Below are positions 10,438 to 20,361 of a stretch of DNA of 64,000 nucleotides, piece after piece; the stretch's first letter is position 1, and each line of letters starts with the position of its first letter. The stretch is taken from positions 600 to 64,599 of the forward strand of contig CAYSTA010000003.1 of NCBI GenBank assembly GCA_964433845.1. Direction: 5' to 3'. The notes beneath the pieces were generated by a model. It was not told the DNA's origin, did not search any database, and saw nothing but the letters and a program-made list of their open reading frames with translations. The stretch is from an uncultured Flavobacteriaceae bacterium (GTDB lineage Bacteria > Bacteroidota > Bacteroidia > Flavobacteriales > Flavobacteriaceae). The translations under genes were made by a program, and so were the position numbers.

Positions 10438-11718
10438 TTGCTAGAAATGTATAGTCTGTTTTCAAAACATATTAAAAAAGAATTTAGGTTTTTAAATAAA
10501 TCAAAACTTCTTGTTTGTGTAAGTGGAGGAGTTGATAGCATGGTTTTAATTAATTTGTTAAATAGATTTAATTACGATGTTTCCATTGCACATTGTAATT
10601 TTAATTTAAGAAATGAAGAAAGTGATTTAGATGAAAACTTTGTAAAAAATTATGCATTTAGTAATTCTATTCCATTTTTTTCAAAATCTTTTGTTACAAA
10701 ACTTCCAAAACATTCCATGCAAATGGCTGCTAGAAATTTAAGATATGAATGGTTTTATGAGATTTTAAAGACTGAAAAATTAGATTACATTATAACTGCA
10801 CATCACTTAGATGATTCATTAGAAACATTTATCTTAAATCTTTCACGAGCTTCTGGCATAGAGGGTTTAACGGGTATTAAAAAATTAAATGATTTAATTG
10901 TAAGACCATTACTTGTTTTTTCAAAAAAAGAGATTTTAAATTATGCAAAAGCAAATAATATTAAATGGAGAGAAGATTCTACAAATAAAAATAATAACTA
11001 TCAAAGAAATCAAATTAGAAATGAAATTATTCCTCTTTTAAAAAAGTTACATCCAAACTTTTTAGATCAATCAAACAAAACAATGACTTTTTTAAAAGAA
11101 TCTAGTCTTATTATTGACAACTATATTCAAAATATTAAAATGAAAAATTTCATTTTAAAAGATGATGAGATAGTTATTTCAAAAGCCTTTATAAAAAATA
11201 ATAGTAATCTTATTTTTCATTTATTTAAAGAGTACAATTTTAAACATTCCGATCAAATATTAGAATTATGTAATTCTTTATCAGGAAAGATTATAGAATC
11301 TAATACACATCTTCTTTTAAGTAATCGATTGAATTTAATTCTAAAAAAGAAGATTAATACAGTTTATCAAACTTTTGAAGTCGGACTAAAAGGTTTAGTA
11401 AGTCCAATTGAAATGAATATTGAAGTAGGGGAGTTTCAGACAAAATTTAATAAGAAATCTATATATCTATCTAAAAATGAAATAGATTTTCCTCTATATT
11501 TAAGAAAGTGGAAAAAAGGAGATGTTTTTTTTCCTTTTGGTATGAAGGGAAAAAAAACGGTATCAAAGTATTATAAAGATGAAAAAATGTCTTTCTTTGA
11601 TAAACAAAATCAGTGGCTTCTTTGTAATAATGAAGAAATCATTTGGGTTGTCGGAAAAAGACCTGACAGGAGGTTTTTCAAGAATAGTAATGCTTCTCTA
11701 AAAATTGAGGTTTTATGA
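10438..11718 (+). CDS. tilS: tRNA(Ile)-lysidine synthase
   Basis: 426 aa with PP-loop SGGVDS. The C-terminal substrate-binding domain motif (ILVAEDDEIIWVVG-like) reads NNEEIIWVVGKRPD here. An alternative ATG start exists at 10447. Confidence 0.87.
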   Translation: MLEMYSLFSKHIKKEFRFLNKSKLLVCVSGGVDSMVLINLLNRFNYDVSIAHCNFNLRNEESDLDENFVKNYAFSNSIPFFSKSFVTKLPKHSMQMAARNLRYEWFYEILKTEKLDYIITAHHLDDSLETFILNLSRASGIEGLTGIKKLNDLIVRPLLVFSKKEILNYAKANNIKWREDSTNKNNNYQRNQIRNEIIPLLKKLHPNFLDQSNKTMTFLKESSLIIDNYIQNIKMKNFILKDDEIVISKAFIKNNSNLIFHLFKEYNFKHSDQILELCNSLSGKIIESNTHLLLSNRLNLILKKKINTVYQTFEVGLKGLVSPIEMNIEVGEFQTKFNKKSIYLSKNEIDFPLYLRKWKKGDVFFPFGMKGKKTVSKYYKDEKMSFFDKQNQWLLCNNEEIIWVVGKRPDRRFFKNSNASLKIEVL

Positions 11719-13682
11719 AAAAGTTTTATAGTTTTTTTATAGTTTTTTTATTTTTTTTTCAACTTATTAATTCTCAGAATCCAGTAACCCTTACAACATC
11801 TGTAAACAAAATATCTGAGAATCATTATGAATTAGTTACAACATCAGAAATTGAAGATGAATGGAGACTATATTCACAGTTTCTTATAGATGGAGGAGCT
11901 CTTCCAACTGAGTTTGTTTTTAAGAATGATCAATCTTTATACGAACTTATTGGTGAAATGAAGGAATCTGAATCTATAACAAAATATGATCCTGTTTTTA
12001 GAATGGATCAAACTTATTTTATTAATACAAATACTTTTAAACAAGAAATCAAACTTTACGACTCCAATATTGAGAAAATTTATGCTACAATATTTTATCA
12101 GACTTGCAATGATTCTATATGTATTAATAAGGAATCTGAATTGATTTTTAATTTAGATGGGTCTATAGAGAATGCTGTCAATAAGGATTTAACAACCTTA
12201 ATTTTAGATGATAATAATCCTCTTAAACTAGATTTAAAAAACACAGAATTATTAACTAAAAATTCTTCAAAAGAAAGTATTTCAGGAAACAACTATTTTG
12301 ATCTTTTAATTTTAGGTTTTATAGGAGGTCTGTTAGCATTATTAACACCTTGTGTTTTTCCAATGATTCCTCTAACTGTTTCGTTTTTTACAAAAAAGAA
12401 ATCTAAATCATCTTTAAAAGCAATTGTTTATGGTTTATTTATAATACTAATTTATTTATTTCTAAGTATTCCTTTTTATTTTATTGAATCCTTAGATCCT
12501 GAGATTTTAAACACTATTTCCACTAATGCTTGGTTAAACATTTTGTTTTTTTTAATCTTCATAATTTTTGCTTTTTCCTTTTTCGGATTCTATGAATTAA
12601 CAATACCATCCTCTTGGATAAATTCTATAGATTCAAAATCCAATACTATTGGTGGATATATAGGAGTGTTTTTTATGTCATTAACCTTAGCTCTAGTTTC
12701 TTTCTCATGTACTGGACCTATTCTAGGATCCTTATTAGTAGGTTCAATTTCATCTCAAGGTGGCGCAATTCAGTTATCTATAGGAATGTTTGGCTTTGGA
12801 TTAGCATTAGCTCTTCCTTTTACTTTATTTGCTCTTTTTCCGAGTATGCTAAAATCTTTACCTAAATCAGGAAGATGGATGAATACATTTAAAATAATAT
12901 TAGGTTTTCTTGAGTTAGGATTTGCATTTAAATTCTTATCAAATGCAGATTTGGTTGAACATTGGGGACTCCTTAAAAGAGAAGTGTTTATAGGGATTTG
13001 GGTTGTTATTTCATTGATGATATCCTTTTACCTTCTAGGAATATATAAATTTCCATATGAGAACAATACTTTAAAAAGATCTAAATTCAATATTAGTTTA
13101 TCTCTCTTTTTCTTAATTTTTGCTGCTTATTTAAGTCCTGCATTACTTCCAAATGGAAGTAATAGTGCCCGCCTTTTTAGTGGATTTCCTCCTCCTTCTT
13201 TTTATAGTATATATCCAACGAAAAATGATTGTCCATTGGGATTAAACTGTTTTAAAGATTTTGATAAAGGTTTGCAATTTGCAAAAGAAAAGGATAAACC
13301 AATATTATTAGATTTTACAGGTTGGGCATGTGTAAATTGTAGAAGAATTGAGGAGAATGTGTGGACTGATCCAATTGTATTTGATTTAATTAATGAAAAT
13401 TTTGTTTTAATATCACTTTATGTAGATGACAGGAAAGAACTTCCAATACAGGATCAAATTGATCTTACTTATGATTCTGGTAAAATAAAGAAAATTAGAA
13501 CTATTGGGGATAAATCTGCTACATTTCAAGCATTAAACTTTAAAACTGCATCACAACCATATTATGTTTTGTTGAATACAGAATTAGAGATATTAAATTC
13601 TCCTATACAATATACTTCCAAGGATGTTTATCAGAATTGGCTTGAAGAAGGATTAAATAATTTTAATAGAATTAATAATTAG
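11715..13682 (+). CDS. dsbD: thiol:disulfide interchange protein DsbD (membrane electron transporter with C-terminal thioredoxin domain)
   Basis: 655 aa. Signal peptide, N-terminal domain Cys pair (CNDSIC), a TM core with CVFPMIP and SFSCTGP, and a C-terminal thioredoxin motif WACVNC. It overlaps tilS by 4 nt. Confidence 0.85.
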   Translation: MKKFYSFFIVFLFFFQLINSQNPVTLTTSVNKISENHYELVTTSEIEDEWRLYSQFLIDGGALPTEFVFKNDQSLYELIGEMKESESITKYDPVFRMDQTYFINTNTFKQEIKLYDSNIEKIYATIFYQTCNDSICINKESELIFNLDGSIENAVNKDLTTLILDDNNPLKLDLKNTELLTKNSSKESISGNNYFDLLILGFIGGLLALLTPCVFPMIPLTVSFFTKKKSKSSLKAIVYGLFIILIYLFLSIPFYFIESLDPEILNTISTNAWLNILFFLIFIIFAFSFFGFYELTIPSSWINSIDSKSNTIGGYIGVFFMSLTLALVSFSCTGPILGSLLVGSISSQGGAIQLSIGMFGFGLALALPFTLFALFPSMLKSLPKSGRWMNTFKIILGFLELGFAFKFLSNADLVEHWGLLKREVFIGIWVVISLMISFYLLGIYKFPYENNTLKRSKFNISLSLFFLIFAAYLSPALLPNGSNSARLFSGFPPPSFYSIYPTKNDCPLGLNCFKDFDKGLQFAKEKDKPILLDFTGWACVNCRRIEENVWTDPIVFDLINENFVLISLYVDDRKELPIQDQIDLTYDSGKIKKIRTIGDKSATFQALNFKTASQPYYVLLNTELEILNSPIQYTSKDVYQNWLEEGLNNFNRINN

Positions 13683-13701
13683 TATTTAAAATAATTATTT
13701 T

Positions 13702-14421
13702 TCAAATAGATTTATAAACACTTTCAAATGGAACTCTATATCTTGGTCCATAAATCCCTTTTTGATCTCTAATTCCACAACCTATAATCATGTTAATTTC
13801 TGCCTTGTAAGGTAGATTTAATATATTTTTAACCAATAATGAGTCAAAACCTTCCATAGGGCAAGTATCATATCCTATAGCTGACATACTTATCATAAAG
13901 TTTTGTGCAGCCAACGCAGCACTTTTATGAGATACAATCCTTTTATCTGAAGATGTTACTTGTCTAAACATTGGCATAAAGACTCCTGTTAATTGAGCTA
14001 TAAATGACTTCATAATTCCGAGAATTCCAAAAAAATCACTATAAGTAAATGGGATAAGCTTTGTATAATAGTTTAGGGCCAGCTTATAACTTTTATCTGA
14101 TATTAGACCTTCTTTTGATTGTTTTTTAAGGAAATTAGCATTTCCCTTGGCTCTTTGCCTCCAAAGATCTTTTCTAACAACGATAATTACTAATTGATTA
14201 GCAGTTTTTGCTGCATTTTGATTTAAGCAAGCTTTAGTTAATTTTTTTTGAACTTCTTTATTAGTTATATGAATAAACTCCCATAATTGTAAATTACTAC
14301 TATTTGGAGCTAATGAACCATTATAAATACACTGTTTTACTTTTTCTTTATCAATATTTACTTTTTTAAAAATTCTAACAGATCTTCTTAAATTTATAGC
14401 TTCTGATACTTTTTTTTCCAT
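13702..14421 (-). CDS. nitroreductase-family protein
   Basis: 239 aa. Opens with an RRSVR FMN-binding motif (INLRRSVRIFK) and shows a nitroreductase-fold pattern along its length. Confidence 0.75.
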   Translation of the reverse strand: MEKKVSEAINLRRSVRIFKKVNIDKEKVKQCIYNGSLAPNSSNLQLWEFIHITNKEVQKKLTKACLNQNAAKTANQLVIIVVRKDLWRQRAKGNANFLKKQSKEGLISDKSYKLALNYYTKLIPFTYSDFFGILGIMKSFIAQLTGVFMPMFRQVTSSDKRIVSHKSAALAAQNFMISMSAIGYDTCPMEGFDSLLVKNILNLPYKAEINMIIGCGIRDQKGIYGPRYRVPFESVYKSI

Positions 14422-14426
14422 TTATT

Positions 14427-14873
14427 TTATCTAAGATTTATCTTGACTTTTTTGTTAGTATTTAGTTTAAATAAGGCTTTTTTAAAGTTTGGAGGTCCAA
14501 ATAAATTCATAGCATTATTAGAAAAACCATATTGTTCTTTTGGAAGTCCAAAAATATTAAAATCAAACTTATTGTTATAGTTTTTATCAATATAAATTTT
14601 TAGAGCATATATTCCCTTATTTAATGTAATTTCTTTTATATATTTCCCTTTTTTAACATTTTCTGTTATTCCATAATATACTCTGTCATTAGATCTATCA
14701 CGAGAGTTAAAATCAATTTCATTATTATAAATAGCTAGATATAAGTTTCCTTCATTTTTAATCTCAGAAATTTCTATCTCCAGCTTGAATCTTTGAATTT
14801 GATTAGAATCATTATTAAGCTGAGCATTAATTGAAAATGATAATAATAGCATTAAGATTTTCAATTTTTTCAT
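14427..14873 (-). CDS. DUF2141 domain-containing secreted protein
   Basis: 148 aa with a signal peptide. Carries the characteristic DUF2141 C-terminal motif GLPKEQYGFSNNAMNLFGPPNFKKALF. Confidence 0.7.
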   Translation of the reverse strand: MKKLKILMLLLSFSINAQLNNDSNQIQRFKLEIEISEIKNEGNLYLAIYNNEIDFNSRDRSNDRVYYGITENVKKGKYIKEITLNKGIYALKIYIDKNYNNKFDFNIFGLPKEQYGFSNNAMNLFGPPNFKKALFKLNTNKKVKINLR

Positions 14874-14879
14874 TATTGA

Positions 14880-16262
14880 TTATTCAATTAATTTTAAAAC
14901 CTTTTTAAGAAAGCTAATTTTTTTCTTAAATGGAGGATACCTGAGTGGTAGGTCTATCCAAAAAGGTTTAGAAATATATGGTTTAAAATGAGAAAATGTT
15001 TTAAAAGTAGATTCACCATGATATTTTCCCATTCCACTATTGCCAACTCCACCAAATGGTAATCTGTCATTTGCAATGTGTACAACTGTATCATTAATAG
15101 CACCACCACCAAAGCTATAGTTGTTTAAAAAATTTTCACCAAATTTTCTTTTTTTAGTAAAAATGTATAATGCAAGGGGATCTTTATATCTATTAATGAT
15201 TTCATTAATTTCATTAAAATCTTTATACTTATATATGGGAAGAATTGGTCCAAAAATCTCTTGTTTCATCAAATTTGAATTGAAATCATTTATTTCAACC
15301 AAAGTAGGTTCAAAATATTTATTCTCTGAATCAATTTTTCCTCCATAAATAATGTTTTCATCATTTAATAATGAACTTAGAAAATCAATGTGCTTTTTAC
15401 TTATAATCCTACCATAGGAATCCGAAATTTGGGGGTCATCTCCGTAAACTTGCTTAATTTGTTTTATAATTTCATTAACTAACTTATCTCTGATTTTTTC
15501 ATTTACGATTAAAAAGTCTGGAGCTATACATGTTTGTCCACAGTTAATGAATTTTCCCCAAACAATTCTTTTTGCAGTCACTTTTATTGCAGCTGTTTCA
15601 TCAATAATGCATGGGTTTTTTCCTCCTAATTCCAAAGTGGTTGGAGTTAAGAATTTTGCTGCTTTCTCTGCTACTATTTTTCCAACATTTAGGCTTCCAG
15701 TAAAAAAAATATAATCCCAACGATAATTTAGTAACTCAGTAGCTTCTTCTGGACCTCCTTGGATAACCTTAACTAAATCTTCTGGAAAAACATTATTAAT
15801 TACTTTTTCTAATAAAAGAGATGTGTTTATAGAATATTCTGAAGGTTTTAAAACAACTGTGTTTCCAGCAGCAATAGCTCCAATTAATGGAGCTATAGAT
15901 AGTTGAAATGGATAGTTCCAGGGTGAAATATGTAGAGTAATTCCATATGGCTGTGCAATGATATAATCAGATGATGGAAAATTTAATAAAGTAGATCTAA
16001 CAGATTTTCTTTTAACCCATTTATCGATGTTTTTTATAGCAATGTTTAATTCTGAGTATACAAAATGTAATTCGGTTAAATAACTTTCACCTTCAGACTT
16101 ACCCAAATCTTTATATAAAGCATTTTCAATCTCTTTTTCATTATTTTTTATCTCGTTTTTTAATTTTTTTAAAAATTCTTTTCTTCTCTTAATATTAAAA
16201 GTTTTTTTTGAATTGAAAAAAGTCCTTTGTTTATTTATAATTTTTTTTATTGAGTCTTTCAT
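14880..16262 (-). CDS. NAD(P)+-dependent aldehyde dehydrogenase (class 3-like)
   Basis: 460 aa. Catalytic Glu motif ELGGKNP and catalytic Cys motif CGQTCIAPD. Confidence 0.9.
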   Translation of the reverse strand: MKDSIKKIINKQRTFFNSKKTFNIKRRKEFLKKLKNEIKNNEKEIENALYKDLGKSEGESYLTELHFVYSELNIAIKNIDKWVKRKSVRSTLLNFPSSDYIIAQPYGITLHISPWNYPFQLSIAPLIGAIAAGNTVVLKPSEYSINTSLLLEKVINNVFPEDLVKVIQGGPEEATELLNYRWDYIFFTGSLNVGKIVAEKAAKFLTPTTLELGGKNPCIIDETAAIKVTAKRIVWGKFINCGQTCIAPDFLIVNEKIRDKLVNEIIKQIKQVYGDDPQISDSYGRIISKKHIDFLSSLLNDENIIYGGKIDSENKYFEPTLVEINDFNSNLMKQEIFGPILPIYKYKDFNEINEIINRYKDPLALYIFTKKRKFGENFLNNYSFGGGAINDTVVHIANDRLPFGGVGNSGMGKYHGESTFKTFSHFKPYISKPFWIDLPLRYPPFKKKISFLKKVLKLIE

Positions 16263-16396
16263 TATAAGTTTTAAGATGATTAATAATGATTTTAAAAATA
16301 CAATTTATAAAATGGATAATAACAAATAATACATAAGATTTATCTTGATTTATAATTAATAAACCTTATTTTTAAAATATATTTTTTAAATTCAGT

Positions 16397-16428
16397 CCTT
16401 CTCATTAAATAAGAGAAGGTTTTTTTTT
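16397..16428 (+). terminator. rho-independent terminator-like hairpin plus T9 tract immediately upstream of ilvD (candidate attenuator)
   Basis: CCTTCTC (16397-16403) and GAGAAGG (16413-16419) form a perfect 7-bp stem with a 9-nt loop, followed by nine T (16420-16428). The ilvD ATG is at 16442 and no plus-strand gene lies upstream. Confidence 0.6.
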
Positions 16429-16441
16429 AGTTTTTATAAAA

Positions 16442-18118
16442 ATGAGTCTTAATAAGTATAGTAAAAATGTAACTCAAGATCCCTCACAGCCTGGTGCTCA
16501 AGCAATGTTGCATGCCATAGGTTTAAAAGAAAAAGATTTAAATAAACCATTAATTGGAATTGCAAGTACTGGATATGAGGGGAACCCTTGTAATATGCAT
16601 CTTAATGATCTTTCAAATCATATTAAGAAAGGAATTAATCAATCTAATCTTGTAGGTTTAATTTTTAATACAATTGGTGTTAGTGATGGTATTTCTATGG
16701 GAACATATGGAATGAGATTTTCACTCCCTTCTAGAGATATTATAGCAGATTCTATAGAAACTGTTATTCAAGGAATGTCTTATGATGGCGTTGTTACAGT
16801 AGTTGGATGTGATAAAAATATGCCAGGTGCATTAATGGCAATGTTAAGATTAAACAGACCAGGTGTTTTGGTATACGGAGGAACAATAGCTCCAGGCTGT
16901 CATAATGGAAAAAAATTAGATGTAGTTTCTGCTTTTGAAGCATGGGGAGAAAACGTTGCGGGAAAAATTGATGATAAACAATTCAAGGATATAATTAAAA
17001 ACGCTTGCCCAGGTCCTGGAGCATGTGGAGGAATGTATACTGCGAATACTATGGCTTCAGCAATAGAAGCAATGGGAATGACTCTTCCATATAATTCTTC
17101 TAATCCTGCTACAAGTAATAATAAAAAGGATGAATGTTATCAAGTGGGTTCTATTCTTAAAAACTTATTAGTCAATGATATTAAACCTAGAGACATTGTT
17201 ACTAGAAAATCTATTGAAAATGCAGTTAAATTAATTATTGTTCTTGGAGGTTCTACTAACGCAGTTTTACATCTCTTAGCAATTGCTAAAAGTGCAGATA
17301 TAGATTTTTCAATAGATGATTTTCAAAAAACATGTAATACAACTCCTTTTTTAGCTGATTTAAAGCCTAGCGGGAAGTATTTGATGGAGGATCTACATAA
17401 TGTTGGTGGAATACCAGCAGTTATGAAATATATGTTAGATAATGGTTGTTTAGATGGAGATTGTTTAACAATTACTGGAAAAACATTAAAGGAGAACTTA
17501 TCTAAAGTAAATCCATTAGGAATTAATCAAGACATTATTAAAACTTTTAATAATCCTATTAAATCAACTGGACATATAAGAATACTTTACGGAAATTTAG
17601 CTAGTAATGGTTCCGTTGCAAAAATTACAGGAAAAGAAGGTCTTAAATTTGAAGGTTTTGCAAAAGTATTTGAAGGAGAATTTAAGGCTAATGATGGAAT
17701 AAAAAATGGTCTTGTAAAGAAAGGTGATGTTGTTGTTATTCGTTATGAAGGACCTAAAGGTGGACCTGGAATGCCTGAAATGTTAAAACCAACTTCTGCA
17801 ATAATGGGTGCTGGATTAGGAAAAGATGTAGCATTAATTACTGACGGAAGATTTTCTGGAGGAACTCATGGTTTTGTTGTAGGTCATATAAGTCCTGAAG
17901 CTCAAGATGGAGGGAACATTGCATTAATAAAGAATGGTGATAAAATAATTATTGATGCAGTTAAAAACACATTAACTTTGCAAGTTTCAAATAAAGAATT
18001 AGAAAAAAGAAAATCTAATTGGGTAAAACCTGACTTAAAAGTTAAAAGTGGTGTTTTATATAAATATGCTAAAACTGTTTCAGATGCTTCGAATGGATGC
18101 GTAACAGATGATATATAA
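16442..18118 (+). CDS. ilvD: dihydroxy-acid dehydratase
   Basis: 558 aa. IlvD/Edd motifs [19 protein letters not shown] and [10 protein letters not shown]. Confidence 0.96.
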   Translation: MSLNKYSKNVTQDPSQPGAQAMLHAIGLKEKDLNKPLIGIASTGYEGNPCNMHLNDLSNHIKKGINQSNLVGLIFNTIGVSDGISMGTYGMRFSLPSRDIIADSIETVIQGMSYDGVVTVVGCDKNMPGALMAMLRLNRPGVLVYGGTIAPGCHNGKKLDVVSAFEAWGENVAGKIDDKQFKDIIKNACPGPGACGGMYTANTMASAIEAMGMTLPYNSSNPATSNNKKDECYQVGSILKNLLVNDIKPRDIVTRKSIENAVKLIIVLGGSTNAVLHLLAIAKSADIDFSIDDFQKTCNTTPFLADLKPSGKYLMEDLHNVGGIPAVMKYMLDNGCLDGDCLTITGKTLKENLSKVNPLGINQDIIKTFNNPIKSTGHIRILYGNLASNGSVAKITGKEGLKFEGFAKVFEGEFKANDGIKNGLVKKGDVVVIRYEGPKGGPGMPEMLKPTSAIMGAGLGKDVALITDGRFSGGTHGFVVGHISPEAQDGGNIALIKNGDKIIIDAVKNTLTLQVSNKELEKRKSNWVKPDLKVKSGVLYKYAKTVSDASNGCVTDDI

Positions 18119-19816
18119 ATGAAAAAAATAAATAAAATATCAGGAGCTGAAGCTGTTATTAGATGTCTTCTAGAGGAAGATGTTGATATTATATATGGTT
18201 ATCCAGGTGGTGCTATCATGCCAATTTATGATGAATTATTTAAATATCAAGATAAATTAAATCATATATTAACTAGACATGAACAAGGAGCAACTCACGC
18301 AGCTCAAGGATATGCTAGAGTTTCTGGCAGAGTAGGTGTAGTTACAGCAACTTCTGGTCCTGGTGCAACAAATTTAGTCACCGGTATTGCTGATGCTCAA
18401 ATTGATTCAACTCCTATGGTTTGTATAACAGGACAGGTAGCCTCACATTTATTAGGTTCCGATGCATTTCAAGAAACTGATATTATTGGAATTTCAACTC
18501 CAGTTACTAAATGGAATTGTCAAATTACAAAAGCATCTGATATTCCTGAAGTAATAGCTAAAGCATTTTATATTGCAAAATCTGGAAGACCAGGACCAGT
18601 ATTAATAGATATTACAAAAGATGCTCAATTTGAATTGATGGACTTTAAATACAAAAAATGTTACTCAATTCGAAGCTATAAGCCAACTCCTAAATTCTCT
18701 ATCAATGAAATTAATAAGGCAGCTGAATTAATTAATAATTCAAAAAAGCCATTTATAGTATGGGGTCAAGGAGTTATTTTAGGAAATGCAGAAGAGGAAT
18801 TTAAGGAATTTGTAGAAAAAACTGGTATTCCTGCTGCTTGGACCATTTTAGGTTTATCTGCACTATCAACAGATCATCCTTTAAACGTAGGAATGGTAGG
18901 AATGCATGGAAATTATGGACCTAATATTCTTACAAATGAATGTGATCTGTTACTTGCAATTGGAATGCGTTTTGACGATAGAGTGACAGGAAATTTAGAA
19001 ACCTATGCTAAGCAAGCAAAAATTATTCATTTTGAAATTGATCCGGCGGAAGTAAATAAGAATGTTAAGGTTGATATCGCTATAATGGGTAATGTTAAGG
19101 AAACTTTACCAGAACTTATTGAATTAGTTAAAGAAAAATCACACACAAATTGGATTAATAAATTTCATTCTTTTTATAAACAGGAATTTGATAAGGTTAT
19201 TAAAAATGATTTACATCCATCAAAAGATGGTTTAACAATGGGGGAAGTAATAAGAGAAATTAATGAGATTTCTAAAGGAAACGCCATAATAGTTTCTGAT
19301 GTAGGTCAACATCAAATGGTTGCGTGTAGGTATGCTAATTTTAATCATTCAAAATCGAATGTTACTTCTGGAGGATTAGGAACTATGGGTTTTGCTCTTC
19401 CAGCAGCTATAGGAGCGAAAATGGGAGCTCCCAATAGAGAAGTTATTGCAATAATAGGGGATGGAGGTTATCAAATGACTATCCAAGAATTAGGGACTAT
19501 TTTTCAAACAGGATGTGCTGTGAAAATCGTTGTTTTAAACAATGAATATTTAGGAATGGTAAGACAATGGCAGCAGATGTTTTTTGATAAAAGATATGCT
19601 TCTACTGAAATGACAAATCCAGATTTTGTTAAAATAGCTAAGGGGTATTTTATAGATGCAAAAAAAGTTAATAAAAGAGAAAATTTAAAATCTTCAGTAA
19701 AACAAATGATAAATTCAAAAAAACCGTATTTTCTTGAAGTATGTGTAGAAAAAGAAGATAATGTATTTCCAATGATTCCTTCTGGAGCATCTGTTTCTGA
19801 CGTTAGACTTGAATAA
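18119..19816 (+). CDS. ilvB: acetolactate synthase (acetohydroxyacid synthase) large subunit
   Basis: 565 aa. TPP enzyme with N-terminal GYPGGAIMPIYD and the TPP-binding motif IGDGGYQMTIQEL...NN. Its start codon directly abuts the ilvD stop. Confidence 0.94.
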   Translation: MKKINKISGAEAVIRCLLEEDVDIIYGYPGGAIMPIYDELFKYQDKLNHILTRHEQGATHAAQGYARVSGRVGVVTATSGPGATNLVTGIADAQIDSTPMVCITGQVASHLLGSDAFQETDIIGISTPVTKWNCQITKASDIPEVIAKAFYIAKSGRPGPVLIDITKDAQFELMDFKYKKCYSIRSYKPTPKFSINEINKAAELINNSKKPFIVWGQGVILGNAEEEFKEFVEKTGIPAAWTILGLSALSTDHPLNVGMVGMHGNYGPNILTNECDLLLAIGMRFDDRVTGNLETYAKQAKIIHFEIDPAEVNKNVKVDIAIMGNVKETLPELIELVKEKSHTNWINKFHSFYKQEFDKVIKNDLHPSKDGLTMGEVIREINEISKGNAIIVSDVGQHQMVACRYANFNHSKSNVTSGGLGTMGFALPAAIGAKMGAPNREVIAIIGDGGYQMTIQELGTIFQTGCAVKIVVLNNEYLGMVRQWQQMFFDKRYASTEMTNPDFVKIAKGYFIDAKKVNKRENLKSSVKQMINSKKPYFLEVCVEKEDNVFPMIPSGASVSDVRLE

Positions 19817-19821
19817 TAATT

Positions 19822-20355
19822 ATGATTAATAAATTAAATACATATACAGTTTCTATTTATACTGAAAATAATATTGGATTATTAAATAGAATTTCTGCTA
19901 TTTTTTTAAAACGACATGTTAGTATTGTAAGTTTAACTACTTCTCAATCTGAAATTGATAATATTTACAGGTTTGTTATTGTAGTAACAGTGATGGAGTC
20001 TAAAATTAAAAACATTATTAAACAAATTGAGAAACAAATAGAAGTTATAGCAGCCTTTTATCATACTGATGAAGAAACTATTTTTCTAGAAACAGCACTA
20101 TATAAGGTAAAATCTAAATCTTTATTTGACGAAAAACATATTCAGAAAATCATTAAAAACAGTCAAGCTAACATTGTAACAGTCTCTCCAGATTATTTTG
20201 TTATTGAAAAAACTGGGTGGAGAGAAGAAACAGAAAAACTATATGATTCATTAGAACCATATGGTTTATTACAATTTGTGAGATCTGGAAGAATTTCAGT
20301 TTCTAAAAAAGCTATGAATATTTCTAATATTTTAGGATTAAATACGGACAAGTAA
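19822..20355 (+). CDS. ilvN: acetolactate synthase small (regulatory) subunit
   Basis: 177 aa with an N-terminal ACT domain (YTVSIYTENNIGLLNRISAIFLKRHVSI). Sits between ilvB and ilvC. Confidence 0.87.
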   Translation: MINKLNTYTVSIYTENNIGLLNRISAIFLKRHVSIVSLTTSQSEIDNIYRFVIVVTVMESKIKNIIKQIEKQIEVIAAFYHTDEETIFLETALYKVKSKSLFDEKHIQKIIKNSQANIVTVSPDYFVIEKTGWREETEKLYDSLEPYGLLQFVRSGRISVSKKAMNISNILGLNTDK

Positions 20356-20361
20356 TTAAAC

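Noticed and set aside
13683-13701. An AT-only palindrome (AAAATAATTATTTT) lies between convergent dsbD and the nitroreductase gene and could be a bidirectional terminator.
   Set aside because: It has a 7-bp A/T-only stem with no loop and no G/C pairs, so it is too unstable to call as an intrinsic terminator.
16276-16329. A second small ORF in the ilv leader region (MINNDFKNTIYKMDNNK) was considered as an alternative leader peptide.
   Set aside because: It has only two Ile and no Leu or Val run, so it would not sense branched-chain amino acid supply. It is probably a chance ORF in AT-rich DNA.
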